Notes: generated from the sequence alone by a model not told the origin. Shown: positions 45,468-59,473, counted from the first letter of the stretch. The stretch: DNA of 64,000 bases from Selaginella moellendorffii (GCF_000143415.4 NW_003314338.1:738216-802215), one strand, 5' to 3'. Program-made: numbers and translations.

Positions 45468-47939
45468 CTACAAACAATGGTTTGTAGCGTGAGAATCCGA
45501 AAGTGTTTGTAGCTTTGCACGGACCTTTGACGAAAGCTCCTCTAAGAAGCCGCTTTCTAGATGTGTCAGCCGAGCAGTCAAGTGCCGCTTCTCGCGCTCC
45601 AGTGCCTCTCTAATGGACGAAAGCTGCTTGAGGCCGTGCTGCTGGATAAGCCTCAGAGGAAGCTCTAGAATTTCCTGGAGCGAAAACAAAGTCAAAGGGA
45701 CGATAAAAAAATCTCGAAGTGACTGACCTCTTCTTCCTGGCCCCGTGCAATCGCATTCGCACTGGCAAGGATAATCGCTGCGATGACAGTGACGGGCGAG
45801 ATTCCTTTAACTTGCAGCTTAAGGAATGCCGACTCCACCTCTTCAAAGTCAAGCTGCGGTGTTTGTTCCGTTTCAAACCTGTGGAGCACCGACTTTGTGT
45901 CTAGCAGCTCGCACACGTCCATTCTTAGCTTCCTCCATAAATCCACCAGCGACCAAGCGTCGTCCGTGGTGGTGGCCGCTGCCAACTCGCTCTCCCATCC
46001 AAAGTCGGACATTCCACCGGCTGAATTTAGCAGCAAGTTCTGACGAAAGTCATGTAACAGTACTCCAAGGTCCTGTTTGTTTTTTTTTATCAATCCGTCA
46101 GTCCCAGAGTAGCTGTAGCAAGAGCGTGAACGAAATCTGACCTTGGTCTCAAAGCTCTGCCTGACTTTATATCGCCATGGAAGTCTGTGCTCCATCCAGG
46201 ACGAGCTCAATAGACTCGTCGGGACCAGCTTTTCAAACTGGAGCATCTCTCTTCTCGCCACACGCATAAGGACGTCTCCTCTCGCTCTAGAACGGTCAAA
46301 AGTGTGGGGTGACGTTGGCTGCTCTCCCGAAAGCTGCAGCTGTCTAGGCGAAGGCTCGAGCTGGTGAACGAGAATTGTCAATGTTTTTCAGAAGAGGGTG
46401 TCTTCGTACCTTAGCATAGCGATCGTCAGACTCGTCTAGCAAACTATGCTTAGATGTTGCTTCGGTTGTCCGTGCGTCTTTGTCTGCATTTGCGTCGGAC
46501 AGACAATCCATTCCTGGAACAGCGAAGTTAGTGTCATTTACACATGGACTGGGCTCGATTTTCCCGTGAATGTCTCCGTCAATCTGCCAGAGAATGAAAG
46601 GAAGGCGTTAATAATACCAACAATTTAAGAAGCTCTACCTCAGGATGCAAATCTGGTTTCTCCGCGGGGTCAGATTCCAGTTTTACGACCATAGATACAC
46701 CCGAACAAATGGATTTATTGTGTGCGTGATCATCTTGGCGATCTGCTACATAATTACATTGCTGTTCACTCTTGGCTTCACTTGATTGAACGGATACTTT
46801 GGCTTCAAGCTCTTTTTGCTGCTGCCGACCTGTATAAACCTTTACGTAAGAAGCTTATACAACCAAAGCAATACTATGCCTTCTATTTTTCGAAGTGAAC
46901 GGTACTGCAAACGAATGCTTTCGCCGCTATCAACAGTCCTCACGAGGTACCTGTAAAAGAAAGACCCAACGCATTGCGTGCACTTTAAAACAGTAAACAA
47001 GTTACCATCCATTCAAGCATTGGGACTTGATTATGGCGGCTTGTCCACAAAAGCGCTCTGGAGTTCGCTTGTTGCCCTTCAAATGAAAACTTCATCAGGA
47101 AAACTATAAAATCTGGTATCAAAGCAACAATCACCTGAATGAACACGCGATCATTCACCGAAAATGGGAACTGGACACCTTTGGGCTTCGGTGACGAGTT
47201 CAGCTAGAACGCACCAAAAAGTAAAAACTAGCCAGAAGTACTTAAGTTACCTTCTTGCAGTCAGAAGGTCTCTGCTCGCCATTATCTTCCCTTTTCCGTT
47301 TAGCGCATCCAGGGCTTGCTTTCTGCTCCCGCAAGTATGCTTTTGCAGCAGCACGTAGCGCTGGCAATCGTACGTCTTAGGCCCAATGCGAACACATATC
47401 GAACAAAAGCTTTACCAAAATTGGGAGTTAAATATCCTGTTGAAGTGATCGATGCCGCACAAATGAAGCACACACCCTGCCAACGTTAAACACTTATCAA
47501 CCAAAAAGAAGAGCAAACAGAACAGCGAAGACACACCGTCTGAACAACGCGTTTCAATCCATCACTCCCGAAAGAATGGCCACATTTAGCAACCATGGCA
47601 TCCTCTAAGAACGCTCCTCTGCATGCATGAGAAAAGAAAAACTATAAGATTATCAGCAGACACGATCACTTACGAGAAGGGATCGCAAAGAACGTCCGGT
47701 AGAGAGAGCTGCTTCACATTCTCAATCTCAATGGTTTTCACAATCCCTGGACGTTAGATAAATCGCTTAAGATGAAAACTCAAAGGAGTGTCTCTAGTAC
47801 CTTGTGATCGTGGACGATCGCGAGAGCTCCCATTTCGCCTGGAGTACACGAAACCTTTTCCCGATCCACCAATCGAGTTCTCTCCATTCCGGACCCCAGC
47901 CATATTCCCATCGTCGCCAGCGCTTCCAGAGCTTCCCAT
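45468..47939 (-). CDS. U-box protein PUB62/63-like with long C-terminal extension
   Basis: LCDPFSGAFLEDAMVAKCGHSFG (U-box); QFPFSVNDRVFIQGNKRTPERFCGQAAIIKSQCLNGWYLVRTVDSGESIRLQYRSL; continues through further exons to a stop at 45468; start codon uncertain. Confidence 0.8.
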
Positions 47940-48493
47940 GCTTGCTGGATCGTCTAGAAAAACTACCGTCCAGCGATATTTCGAGCGCTCCAGAGCTGCA
48001 TTCTTCGCTAGGTCACCGCGATCGATGCGCAGAACCCTAGAAAACGCAAGCGCCTGTGGCTGGCAGTGGAGGCGATCAGCAACCCTTACCAAAGACACCC
48101 ATCCAATAAGGCGATAGACGCGATCAAAATCTCATCCGACTCGCAGAATCGTGGCGATAGAGCGACGAGGAGCTTCTCGAGGGGCGCTCCTCCTCCGCCA
48201 TAGCCGCAAGCTTGAGCACATTGAACACCCGCTCTGCTGACGTGTCTAACCTTTGCAACGTGGAGCAGTCATTGCCTGACACGTATATAAGCAAACACTT
48301 TTTGCCGCCTACGTGGCTTTAGGGTTCTATGGCAAATATTTTGGGGCCGATTTCCAAGAGGCTCGATTGCCTGCTCAGCGAAAGTGCCAGCGGCGGCGCC
48401 ACAAGCAGGGTAATCTCCAGCGGTCCGGCGTTAGATCCATCCCAATCTCTCCAGGAATGAGCGATCCAAGCGCGCGCGGCAGCAGCGACGGCG

Positions 48494-49576
48494 ATGGAGG
48501 CCGGGAAATCCTACCCGGTGGCGGCATCCGACTACAGGGTCCTGGAGGAGATCGGGCACGGCAGGAACGCGACGGTCCACCGCGCGCTGTGCGTGCCGCG
48601 CGGCGAGATCGTCTCCATCAAGAGCATCGACCTGGAGAAGTGCCGCAGCGATCTTGACGAGGTACGCCGCGAGGCCCAGACACTGAGCCTCATCGACCAC
48701 CCCAACGTGGTGGCGGCGCTCGCGCTCTTCATCGTCGGCCAGCGCCTGTGGGTGGTGATGCCGTACATGGCCGCCGGCTCCTGCCTGACCATCATGCGCG
48801 TGGCCCGGCCGTACGGCCTGGATGAGCCGCTCGTCGCCACCGTGCTCAGGGAGTGCCTCAAGGCGCTCGACTATCTCCACTTCCACGGCCACATCCACAG
48901 GGACGTCAAGGCCGGGAACATCCTCGTCGATCAGCACGGCGGCGTCAAGCTGGGCGATTTCGGGGTCTCGGCCTGCCTCTTCGATTGCTACAACCGGCAG
49001 ATCGCGAGGAGGACCACCTTTGCTGGCACTCCGTGCTGGATGGCGCCCGAGGTGCTGGATCCGGTTTGCGGCTACGACTGTAGCGCGGATATATGGTCGC
49101 TGGGGATCACCGCGCTGGAGCTCGCGCAGGGCCACGCTCCACTCTCGGATCTTCCGCCCATGAAGATGGTGCTGGTGGAGCTCTCCGGTCCGCCGCCGAC
49201 GCTGGAGCCCGAGAGAGCGAAAGCTTTCTCCAAGAGTTTCAAGGATTTCGTGGCCTGCTGCCTCCAGAAGGAGGCGAGCAAGCGGCCCACGGCCGGAAAG
49301 CTGCTCAAGCATGGATTTTTCAAGCACGCCCAGAGCAGCGAGTACCTGGTGGCGCATCTCTTGCGTGAGCTCCCGCCACTGTGGGAGCAAGTGAAAGAGC
49401 TGAGGAACAGGGATGTGGCCGAGCTCGGGAAGAAGATCTCGCTGCCAGAAGGCGAGCAGCAGCAGCAGCAGCAGGAAGTCGTGAGCGAGTGGAATTTTTG
49501 CGTCGCGGATTCGTCGTCGAGTTCGTCAACTTCTGGCAAAGGAGAAGCCAAGCCCGAGGAAGAGGAGAAGAAATGA
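48494..49576 (+). CDS. STE20/MAP4K Ser/Thr kinase (BLUS1/OSR1-like), intronless
   Basis: IKSIDLE, HRDVKAGNIL, DFG, TFAGTPCWMAPEV, LELAQGHAP, FSKSFK; C-terminal SEWNF. Confidence 0.93.
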   Translation: MEAGKSYPVAASDYRVLEEIGHGRNATVHRALCVPRGEIVSIKSIDLEKCRSDLDEVRREAQTLSLIDHPNVVAALALFIVGQRLWVVMPYMAAGSCLTIMRVARPYGLDEPLVATVLRECLKALDYLHFHGHIHRDVKAGNILVDQHGGVKLGDFGVSACLFDCYNRQIARRTTFAGTPCWMAPEVLDPVCGYDCSADIWSLGITALELAQGHAPLSDLPPMKMVLVELSGPPPTLEPERAKAFSKSFKDFVACCLQKEASKRPTAGKLLKHGFFKHAQSSEYLVAHLLRELPPLWEQVKELRNRDVAELGKKISLPEGEQQQQQQEVVSEWNFCVADSSSSSSTSGKGEAKPEEEEKK

Positions 49577-49763
49577 AGATCCAGATCTTAGAAACTTACC
49601 ATAGAACTTAAAATGTGTGATTTTTCACTGCGATATAGTAAAAAGTTCCATCTCCATCGCAAGTTCTGGAAACTCTCGAGTAAAAATGTCAATGAAAGTC
49701 AAGCCAGTCAATGAATGGTCAAGATAGTCAATGAAAGAGCGTGAAGAACCCTAGAAATGCGAC

Positions 49764-51454
49764 ATGGAGGATGGCGTTCTCTCACCGTAAGCGCTTCTCT
49801 CACACTCTCTCGCTCGTTCTCTCTGATGAGATCGTCCCTACAGGCCATTGCGGCGATTCCTGGTGTGGATGGCGAGGAATGGGATCCAGTACAGCGACGC
49901 GCTGCGTTTTGGCATGGATGGAGTGGTTTCTGGGGCTGGAGTGAGGGCATTGCGCGATCTCCACCACGGCGAGCTCATCGCGACCATTCCCAAGGCCGCT
50001 TGCCTCACGCTGCTCACCACCGCCGCGCGCGACGCGATCGCGAGGGCGCGGCTTGGAGGTGGATTGGGGCTCACTGTGGCGGTCATGTACGAGCGCAGCA
50101 AAGGAAAGGGATCGAAGTGGTATAGGTATTTGAAGACTCTTCCTTGCCAGGAAAGCGTCCCATTCTTGTGGAGTGAGGAAGAGATCGATGGATTGTTGCT
50201 CGGGACCGAGCTCCACAAGGTAGAAATCTTTTTCTTCTTGTTCTTCTTGACGAGAGTTTTGCTCCTTTGTTTTTCTTTCACAGGCATTGAAAGAAGATAA
50301 GCTTCTCATGAAGGAAGACTGGGAAGAAAACATAGCTCCGCTAACCAAAGAGGATCCTCTCGAGTTTCCAGCACAGGATTTTACGTTCGAATCCTACCTT
50401 GCAGCAAAATCCCTGGTTTCTTCTCGCTCTTTCGAGATCGATGCCGAGCATGGCTATGGCATGGTGCCTCTAGCGGATCTGTAAGTGTAAGTTGGTTTAT
50501 ATGTTTCTCTCTTTCCATTTCTCTTGTTGATCTCCTAACGCTGGATTTTCTTTTTCTTCCAGCTTCAATCATAAGACCGATGCTGAAGACGTGCATTTCA
50601 TGCTGAACGCCAGTGACAGTGATGACGACGACGACAACAATGGTTTGATCATTGACGATGGATTGGCAAACGGTGACTGTCGTGAAATCTCTAGCGATAA
50701 AAGCGTGCTGGAAATGGTGATGGTGAAAGACGTAGCAGCAGGCTCGGAAGTAAGTGCAAAAAAGAAAAAGCTTTTGTTCTGACTTGTTTTGTCTCTCCAG
50801 ATTTTCAACACCTATGGACAGTTGGGCAATGCCGCGCTGCTTCACAGATATGGATTCACAGAGCCAAACAATCCTCACGACATAGTGAACTTGGACATGG
50901 ACTGCTTGCTCGAGGTACTTCTCTCCCGCTTCCAGAAGAAACGCGTCCGCAAGCGGGGAAGAGTGTGGAGAAAAGCTGGTTTCTCCGGCTGTGAATCCCA
51001 AGGCAGTGAGTACTTTGAGATCAGCGCTGCTGGGAAGCCACAGATCGAGCTGCTGCTGCTGCTGTTTGTGATCCAGTCTCCGGCCCGGGATTGCGAGGCT
51101 CTCGAAGATGCTGCTGCCAAAGTGAAAGGAAGGGTGAAGAAGGCTGCCAAAGCTCTCGGGTGGCGCAAAGAAACTCATTGGGGTCCTCATCCAACCAAGA
51201 AGCCGAGGTTAGAGAGTGTGGAAAGCAGATTGGAACGGTGGCTACTCAACTCCACAGTGATCGATCTGTTGTTACTCGTGATTGGCAAGCGAGACGAGCT
51301 ATATGGTATCACTTTTGGTAAAGAAGAGCGAGCCCTTGGCGAGTGTAGACAGCATACCAAGGAGCTCCATGCTGCTCGGCTGAGAATAGGGGAGCGAAGG
51401 ATTCTACGTGACTGCAAGCAAGAGTTACTCAACATGAAAGCAAAACAATGCTGA
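49764..51454 (+). CDS. SET-domain lysine methyltransferase (SETD6/RKM3-like), 5 exons
   Basis: LRRFLVWM..NGI; IPKAACLT; KSLVSSRSFEIDAEHGYGMVPLADLFNHK; EIFNTYGQLGNAALLHRYGF. Confidence 0.92.
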
Positions 51455-53761
51455 CAAAGATTAAAAATCTTTTGCTAACTAAGCAATCATGGGAACATCT
51501 TGCAGCAGAATTAATCATTTTAATTCTGACAATTGACAGTGAAAACATAGAATAATTGTCAATATCTGTGCTCTTAAGAGCCAAATATCTCCAAGTTTAT
51601 AAATGATTTTAGCATCTTAGGAGATTCTATTGAACATAAAGAATTTGACACATTGAATTGGAATCAACCAGTTTATAGATTTATTATATATAAATAATTA
51701 CTGCTAGATTAATATTTCTATACAAGACAAAAACAAGGTTGATCTTATCTAACACATAATACTCAAAAAATACAAGCTCAAAAAAGTAACATAAATAAAA
51801 CAAAGAAAGCTAGATATTTATACTATTACTATGGGAAATTATATAACCCTTAATTAATCTACTATTATAAATATATTAAAGTTTAAAAAATATAAGATGT
51901 TATTGAATGAGAAAAAAGTTAAGTGTTAAGAAAGGAAAGATTAAAGAAGAAAAATGATAATTAAAAAATAGATAAAAATTAATATCTATAATTAGATATA
52001 GACTAAAACTATTATATAAAAAATTATATATTTGTTCTCATTAATATAAAAGTATTAAATTATTTTTTTAATATAGTATAATGAGACTAAATGAAATTAA
52101 TATTGAACAGGAGTGCATTTGAAAATACTTTACATCCCTCCTTGGTGCCTTCTACAAACTTCACTTTCTTCTTTGCACCAACCAAAAATATTTTTTTAAA
52201 AATATTGAAATTATCACAAAAGTTTTAAAATTAATTATATTTTGTTAGTGGACTATAATGCAATAAAATATAGTATTTCTAAATTTATTTCTTTGTTACT
52301 ACGAAAGAAAGAAAGATTTGATCTTTAAGAATTATATTTTAAGGTAAATATTATTCTTTTACTTTAAATTTTATGATTTATTTAATAGTGATTTTATTTA
52401 ATATTTTAACTAAAATTAAATTCCTATAAATGAATTATGTAGTAAACACTAACTTCTCAAAACTTGCAGAATCATCAATTCCAAAATAAATGTATAAATA
52501 ATTAAGTAGAAATGCTTCAATCTTGGTGATTATTGTGATATAGCTTATAAATTTATAACCATCATCAAAATCAAAGAATTAGTTGAAGAGTATTAAATAA
52601 ATATTGTTTTAGTAAATACAAATATTTTGAATTAAGTTCATATTAAATTTAATACTTTAGTAAGAAGAAATTAAATAAAATGTTTTATTAATTGATATTA
52701 AACTAAATTAATTAATTTTTGAAAATTATTTAATTAATAAATTGTTTTCACATGCTACTTATTTACACCTTAAAAATTCTTATATTTTTTAAGTTTTGCT
52801 TTTGTTTTTAGCAAAACCTAGTTTTGCTAGCAAATAACTTACATTCTATACCTTTAGTTATTTTATTTTTTCTTTTTAGTTGACTTAATCAAACCTGTAA
52901 GGGATTAGATATTAAGAATATACTTGAGTATTCTAGGATATTCTACCATCAAACGATTAATATTCATCTTTTCTTATAATTTATAATCTTTCTTAAACAC
53001 TTTTTAGTATATCTTAGTTTGTTCTAGATGAATATTGTGTTTATAAATTAAAACATGTTTATACTTATAATCTTCTACTAAACATAAGCTGCATGGTTGG
53101 CAAAGTTTTTCATATATTATCAATAATCTCTTGCTGGATCTTTAGGACACCTTCACAACCTAGATCTTCACAATTCCCACCAACTTGCCATTGCACAATA
53201 AGGGGTGAACATTTCCCCAATATCCTTTCAGATCAATGCTGTAAGATGACTTTCAATCAATTGTATGTTCACATCCTAAAGCTGCAAATTGAACATTGAG
53301 TTCAAGTTGGAGCACAAAAAGGAATTTAGCCAAGGGTTGAAAAGCAAAAGTATACACACATTGTTTAGGCTTGGGAACTTTTCTCCCAATTGTGTCATAG
53401 TAAGTTCTTTTGAGAAAACATGATGTTATTCACAAATTTAGCCAAATGTGAGGCAATTAGGAAAAGCAAGCACAATAGCAGCACACCCCAGCTCATTTAA
53501 AAACTGAACATTATTTTGGCTGCAACTGGCAATCTTATTTAATATCCCACTATCAAGCAATGCTCAGTAATTCAAACACTAATTTAAGTTCTTATGGATA
53601 TTGACACATGCATGTGATCACTAGCTTTGTTTAGCACTCTCTTCACAGAGCTAACGTATCTGCATGGTTGAATTCAAGCTTTTAATTCATGAATTTGTTA
53701 AAAAATCCATGGAGTAATACCTGAGCTCGACACAATTGAAATTGAGGGATGTATTATGCTT

Positions 53762-53912
53762 GAGGGATGCATGCATAATACATGTAAAAATTACCTCTTC
53801 TCTCACAATAGCCAATGGGCATGCAAGTTGTGTTGCTAGAGGGATGCATGCATAATACATGTAAAAATTACCTCTTCTCTCACAATAGCCAATGGGCATG
53901 CAAGTTGTGTTG
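53762..53912. repeat. Tandem duplication, two 74-bp copies
   Basis: 53762-53835 equals 53839-53912. Confidence 0.9.
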
Positions 53913-54242
53913 GAGAGCTACTGCTGAGACAAAACTTTATCAAAATATCTAATAAGACATAATTAAGAAAATATAGATTTGAAAAATTGGATTAATAAAT
54001 AAGAATAATTAAGCAAACCAAACATATAAAGATTCCATGTATTCAAAACAGTAACAGTTTCAGCAAATAACAGCAGCAAGATCAGGATTAGGATCATTCA
54101 GGATCCAAAAGGAGGAAGTAGCAGCAAAGGAAAGCCAAGCAGGAAACTTTGAGTGTAGCAGAGAAGTAGTAGCAGTAAAGGTTATTATCTAGAAGCAGGA
54201 TTAGAAGCTACACTGAAATGCAAATAAAATATTATAAAAGCT

Positions 54243-54830
54243 TACCAGTTACAATGAGAGGCCTCTCCACTTTCGCAAGCTGGTCCCATGCCATGATCAG
54301 AAAAGCTCGATGATTCTGGCCAAACACCTGCAAGCATAGGAATTCGATTATAATCGAAGTCAAACGTTCACAAGAAATAAACAATGCCTACCTGAATCCA
54401 AAACACCAATGATGATAATTTTGGAATACTTTATCGACAGCAGTTATGTTTCGCTAGTTTCACTGATACCGGAAAAGGACTCGTCTCCATTTCCATAGAG
54501 ACCGAGAAATTTTGTTGTATGTAGCTCATAATTTAGATTGGGAAAAGACAGAAAGCACACCTGCAGAAAGAAAAGATTTTAGTTGAAAAGATAAATATAA
54601 ATACTGAATACGATAAATCTTAGCAGCTGCTTCTTCTGTAAGACGAGGTGAGAAGCCACGAAATCCATGCTTGTAGCTAAAACCCAGAGCAGCTTGAGAA
54701 CTGATTCAGGAACAAATGAAATTTTGAATTCTAGAAGAACGTTCTCCAAAACAGCGTAGTGTGAATTGGTACGATGTCAATATGTCTAAAGTAAATGATG
54801 TGCGTGTCTCCTCCCTGGAAAACAACTCTA
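54243..54830 (-). pseudogene. Subtilisin-like protease N-terminal remnant
   Basis: SYKHGFRGF (I9 propeptide), VLSVFPNLKYELHTT, IIIGVLDS|GVWPESSSFSDHGMGP; in-frame TAA near 54445; no downstream catalytic exons seen. Confidence 0.85.
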
Positions 54831-55097
54831 AGAAACAAGGTGAATGGTTGCAAAGAATCGATCAAACCTGAGAGCTAGCCACGCCAACCAAACTGATACA
54901 AAGATCCAGCCATCGAAGACAAACCACAGAGAAATCGATTCCAGGTCCGGGAATTTTATATCCATTTCCAAGGACTTCAATAGCATAGAGAAAGCTATGT
55001 TGTGAAAACGAGTAAGCACAGCGTAAGTTTTGGAAGCTCGTCTGCATGTAAATGCTCACACGACCCTAACCAAAAGACAAAGGCCTAGCTGATGGAT

Positions 55098-57096
55098 CTA
55101 CAAGTTGCAAGGCCGGAACACGTTAAAGCCATCGCCAGCGGTAGAAACCAAAAGCCCGTGAATTTGAGGATGCCAGTGCACTTCCTTCATATCCTTCTGT
55201 CCCTGCAGCGAGTGTCAGAAAATGGAGCCCAAAAGCTCCCAGCTTGCCTGGTGAACGAAAAGCAGTTGGGCCGGCAAGTTCTCTGGAGCCGCCGCTTGCT
55301 CCTGTCCCAGCTCCATTTGGTATTGAGCCTCTTCCTCGGTATCACGCTCCAGCGCTACGTCCCAGATACTACACAAGTGACACTTTAGTTCTTGCGCGTT
55401 GACGAAACTAGAGGCTTACGTTAGCTGGTTGTCCGCAGAGGCAACAGCCAGAGTGGACTCTTCGTGGGGGCTCCATTCGATCGACGTGATATACGAACTA
55501 TGGTGCGTGAAGTGCGCCACGGCGGAATCTTCCTGAAACCGAAGAGGTTGTGCAAGATTAGCAGAAAAGTATCAAAAGGGGTATGTACTTACTTTGAACG
55601 CCCGGAGATCCCACACGCGGAAGACGCCATTGTCACTTCCTGATGCTAGTAGGCAGGATGCCGACCTGAGAACAGACTAGTTAGATAAACGAAAAAGAAG
55701 TAGAAAATTGCACTTGTTTTTGTTCCAGGAGATGACGTTAACGTCTGTGTCATGAGCTTTTACAGACAGCTCTTTTCTTCGAGATCGTAAATCCCAAATA
55801 CCAATGGTTTTGTCCACTGAGCAAGAAGCAAACACATTTTCCTCTGAAGGACTCCACTGATCAAGCACACTGAGTTAGAACAGATATGAAGTGAAAATAA
55901 TACAACCTGTAAGTCCTCCACACTGCGACTATGTCCAAGGCAATGCGCGTTCCCCACGTTCCATCTTCCCCCAGGCATCGGCTCCCAGAAATGGATCACT
56001 CCCTTGCAATCCCCTTGTATGGAAACCTTAACTTAGCACATAGCCTAGCACGAGTCCGAGACAGGTTACCAGAAAGGAAACGTCCGGGAGTCATCGGGCT
56101 CCAATCCATGGCAAAACCTTCATCTTTATGCGCTTTACATATTTGAAGAGGAGGATGGGAGGTACGTTTGCTGCTTCCAGCGTCATTGTTTGTAGCTACA
56201 GCATTAAGTTGGGACGAAAAGTCCCACATCTGAAGGAAGAAAAACATCACACACACGTAGAGAACTATTGTTGAAAACCAAAAACTCAAACCTGGACAAA
56301 GCCTTCAGCAGACCATGATGCAACAATATGAGGTTGTTGTGGCATGGATCGGATGCGATTCACACACCCCTGGTGAGGCACCATTCGTTCCTAAAGAAAA
56401 ACATAAGAAAAACTGAATTCCACAAAAAAGAGAGAAGAGAGAAGAGAGAATTACCTCCAGCTTAGGAATTTTACTCGACTCGTCTGGTGCGGGCGTTGGC
56501 GTTTCTTGGTCTTGTTCATCCTCGCTATCGTCACTCTCGCTTCCACTCTCGTCGTTGGAAACAGCGTTGGGCGATCGTTTCTTTCCAGTCAAGTTGGACA
56601 GCTTCACGATGGCAATTGTGTTGCTGGTCGACGCATCTGCCTGCCAGTTACACGTAAAAACGCTAGCTTTTAGAGCTTTGATCCGAAATGAAAAAAAGAA
56701 CAACCTGTGTTCCGGCCACGCAAAACATCGTGTGAGGAAATTCATGTCGCAAAGCTCCCAGTGTATCTCTCACGATGTCAAAGCTGAAATATAAAAATTA
56801 AAGCACACAATGGAAATGGAGAAAAAGCTCTTTCAACGAAGAGAATTTCAAAGAATACCTCAAACACGGCCATCCCAAGTGAAATGCGTGAAGGCAGTCA
56901 TAAGTAGATGGATCGAATTGCAATTCCTCGTCCTTTTCCAGCGTATCAACTCCAGGACGCCATACCTGGGATGCTATCTCAATCCAATCTCGCCATCTCA
57001 ATCGCTCACCTTTGGAACGGGGGCGGGCGGGGCCGATGGAGCCGCCACATTTCGCCTGACCGCCGCCGGCCTTCGCTTCTTCCCTGTCCGCGCCAT
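55098..57096 (-). CDS. GRWD1: Glutamate-rich WD repeat protein (GRWD1/Rrb1/HTD1-like)
   Basis: [38 protein letters not shown]; [13 protein letters not shown]; [13 protein letters not shown]; KEVHWHPQI. Confidence 0.94.
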
Positions 57097-57336
57097 AAAC
57101 CCTAAATTCGTGGTTTAGGGCTTTGGTGTTTCGTCCACGTCAGCAGTCCATGCAGCCGGCCAATCAGCGTTGCCGAGGTACACCGACGCGGATTGTGCTT
57201 TCTCAAACGCATCCCAGCCGTGCGTTGCATCTCGGTCGTTACTATTTAAGAGTCATGCGCTCCATTGTTCTTCCATTTTAGGGTTTTTAGAGCGGGGCAA
57301 ACCCTTGCGCTTCGTCTTCAGCTTTGCGATTTCTCA
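57097..57336. promoter_or_regulatory. Candidate bidirectional promoter between GRWD1 and H3.3
   Basis: Telo-box AAACCCTAA (~57098), CCACGTCA (57135-57142), CCAAT (~57160), Oct-like CGCGGATT (57187-57194), TATTTAA (~57243). Confidence 0.6.
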
Positions 57337-57944
<608 letters not shown>

Positions 57945-58799
57945 GCCATGGCTACCAGACTGCTTCTAGCACTACTACTAGTACTGCCGTGATTGATATA
58001 AAAAGCTTTCTTTGATATACCTTTCCTGTAATATACTACTACTGCTAGTTTGACTCCCAAGGTTGTTCTTTTAGATTTGGTCTATTTCTCAATTATAGTC
58101 TTTTTTATCTTAATTCACAGCTGTTGCAAGCTCTCCCGTCTCTAAGCTCCAAGCTGATAGAGCCACTGCCGTTACTTGCCTCTAAGAAACTTGTACTGCT
58201 CGGAGCCTTCTCTCCAGTCGATCTCGGAATCGGAACTTAAACATCCCATAGTCTACTGCGTTCATAGTGTTAGAACTGATTGAACAGTGGAAACCACGAA
58301 GAAGACTGGCCAAACAGTGGTTTCTATTCAAAAAATAACTCTGGTGGAGTTCCTCTCCAGACAAGTTTCAAGATACCACTGAATAATCCATCTAAATACT
58401 GGTAAGTTAGGAATCTCCCATGGGTATTTATCGTTTTTGGTCGAGAAAATGTTTGTAGAGCACCGTGGCTGTAGCTATTGTATTGATTCGATCCATCTCG
58501 CTCTTTCTGAAAGAACCGTTGGTGCATACATTAGAACAAACTTTGTAAGCATTTTCTCCGAAAACACCTTTTCAAGATCTCCGAAAACTACTATTCTTTG
58601 TAAGGACTCTTCTGGCGGGTATGGACGTAGCTAAATCTCTGCCTCAAACAAAGGGATCTCGCCACCCTATAGTCCTTGCAGTACAACAAAATATCACAGT
58701 TTTTTTCAATGTAAGCTCACGACCAAGAAGAACATGTTTTACACTTGAAATTTACCACACATGTCTCCACGACTATAAGTTTGTGTAACTCCTGGAGAG

Positions 58800-59166
58800 G
58801 CCCAAGTTTCGTCCGATTCAAGTAATCCCCAAAGAACAAAAGGCTTGGCTTCGTGCGTTCCATATCCACTCGTCCAGGCAACAGTCATCTGAAGAGATCT
58901 GTTTTAAATTACCTGAAACTGGCTGGAGAGAAGACCCCAATCCAATCAGAATCGTGACCATGGGCAGAGGCATCGAGATTTTTGAAGGAGACCTTGACAT
59001 TTGCAACATTCTGGAACTGTGCAAAGGACGACATGATCACAAGTAATTTTCTTAGCTGACCTTGGATGGTAGGAGAAACACGAATTTCAGCCAAACTATC
59101 AATGGCATTGTCAAAGTTAATGCCGGAGCAAGGGTGCTGCTCACCATAGCTAAACAGCGATCCCAA
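58800..59166 (-). pseudogene. Purple acid phosphatase (PAP1/27-type) N-terminal remnant
   Basis: GEQHP...IRVSPT...SDWIGVFSPASF matches the N-terminal domain of large plant PAPs; no catalytic motifs found downstream. Confidence 0.55.
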
Positions 59167-59473
59167 AAGAACAATTAAGAGGATCCATTGACCTGAGTAA
59201 GGATATTCCTTAAGTATAACTGGATAATTGTGCTTAGTTCGCGTTTAACATTTATCAAAACTTTCGACCGTACACCTTTCGTGCTTTGCTAGCCACAAAC
59301 TGAGGATACCACAACACTACGTGGCACATCCTCAGTGGCCTCTCGAGATTTGCTCTCTACACGCTGGCAAATCTCCTGGCTGGTATATATCCCCGTCGCA
59401 AACGCTCAGCCTCCATCGCCCTCGCTGTGCTTGCTCTATTCTTCGTCTTCCTTTCTTCGTCTTAACCTTAGAT

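Noticed and set aside
48431-49390. 319-aa antisense ORF over the kinase
   Set aside because: Shadow ORF of a GC-rich CDS.
51455-53700. Very AT-rich 2-kb block
   Set aside because: No ORF, TIR or repeat structure recognisable by eye.
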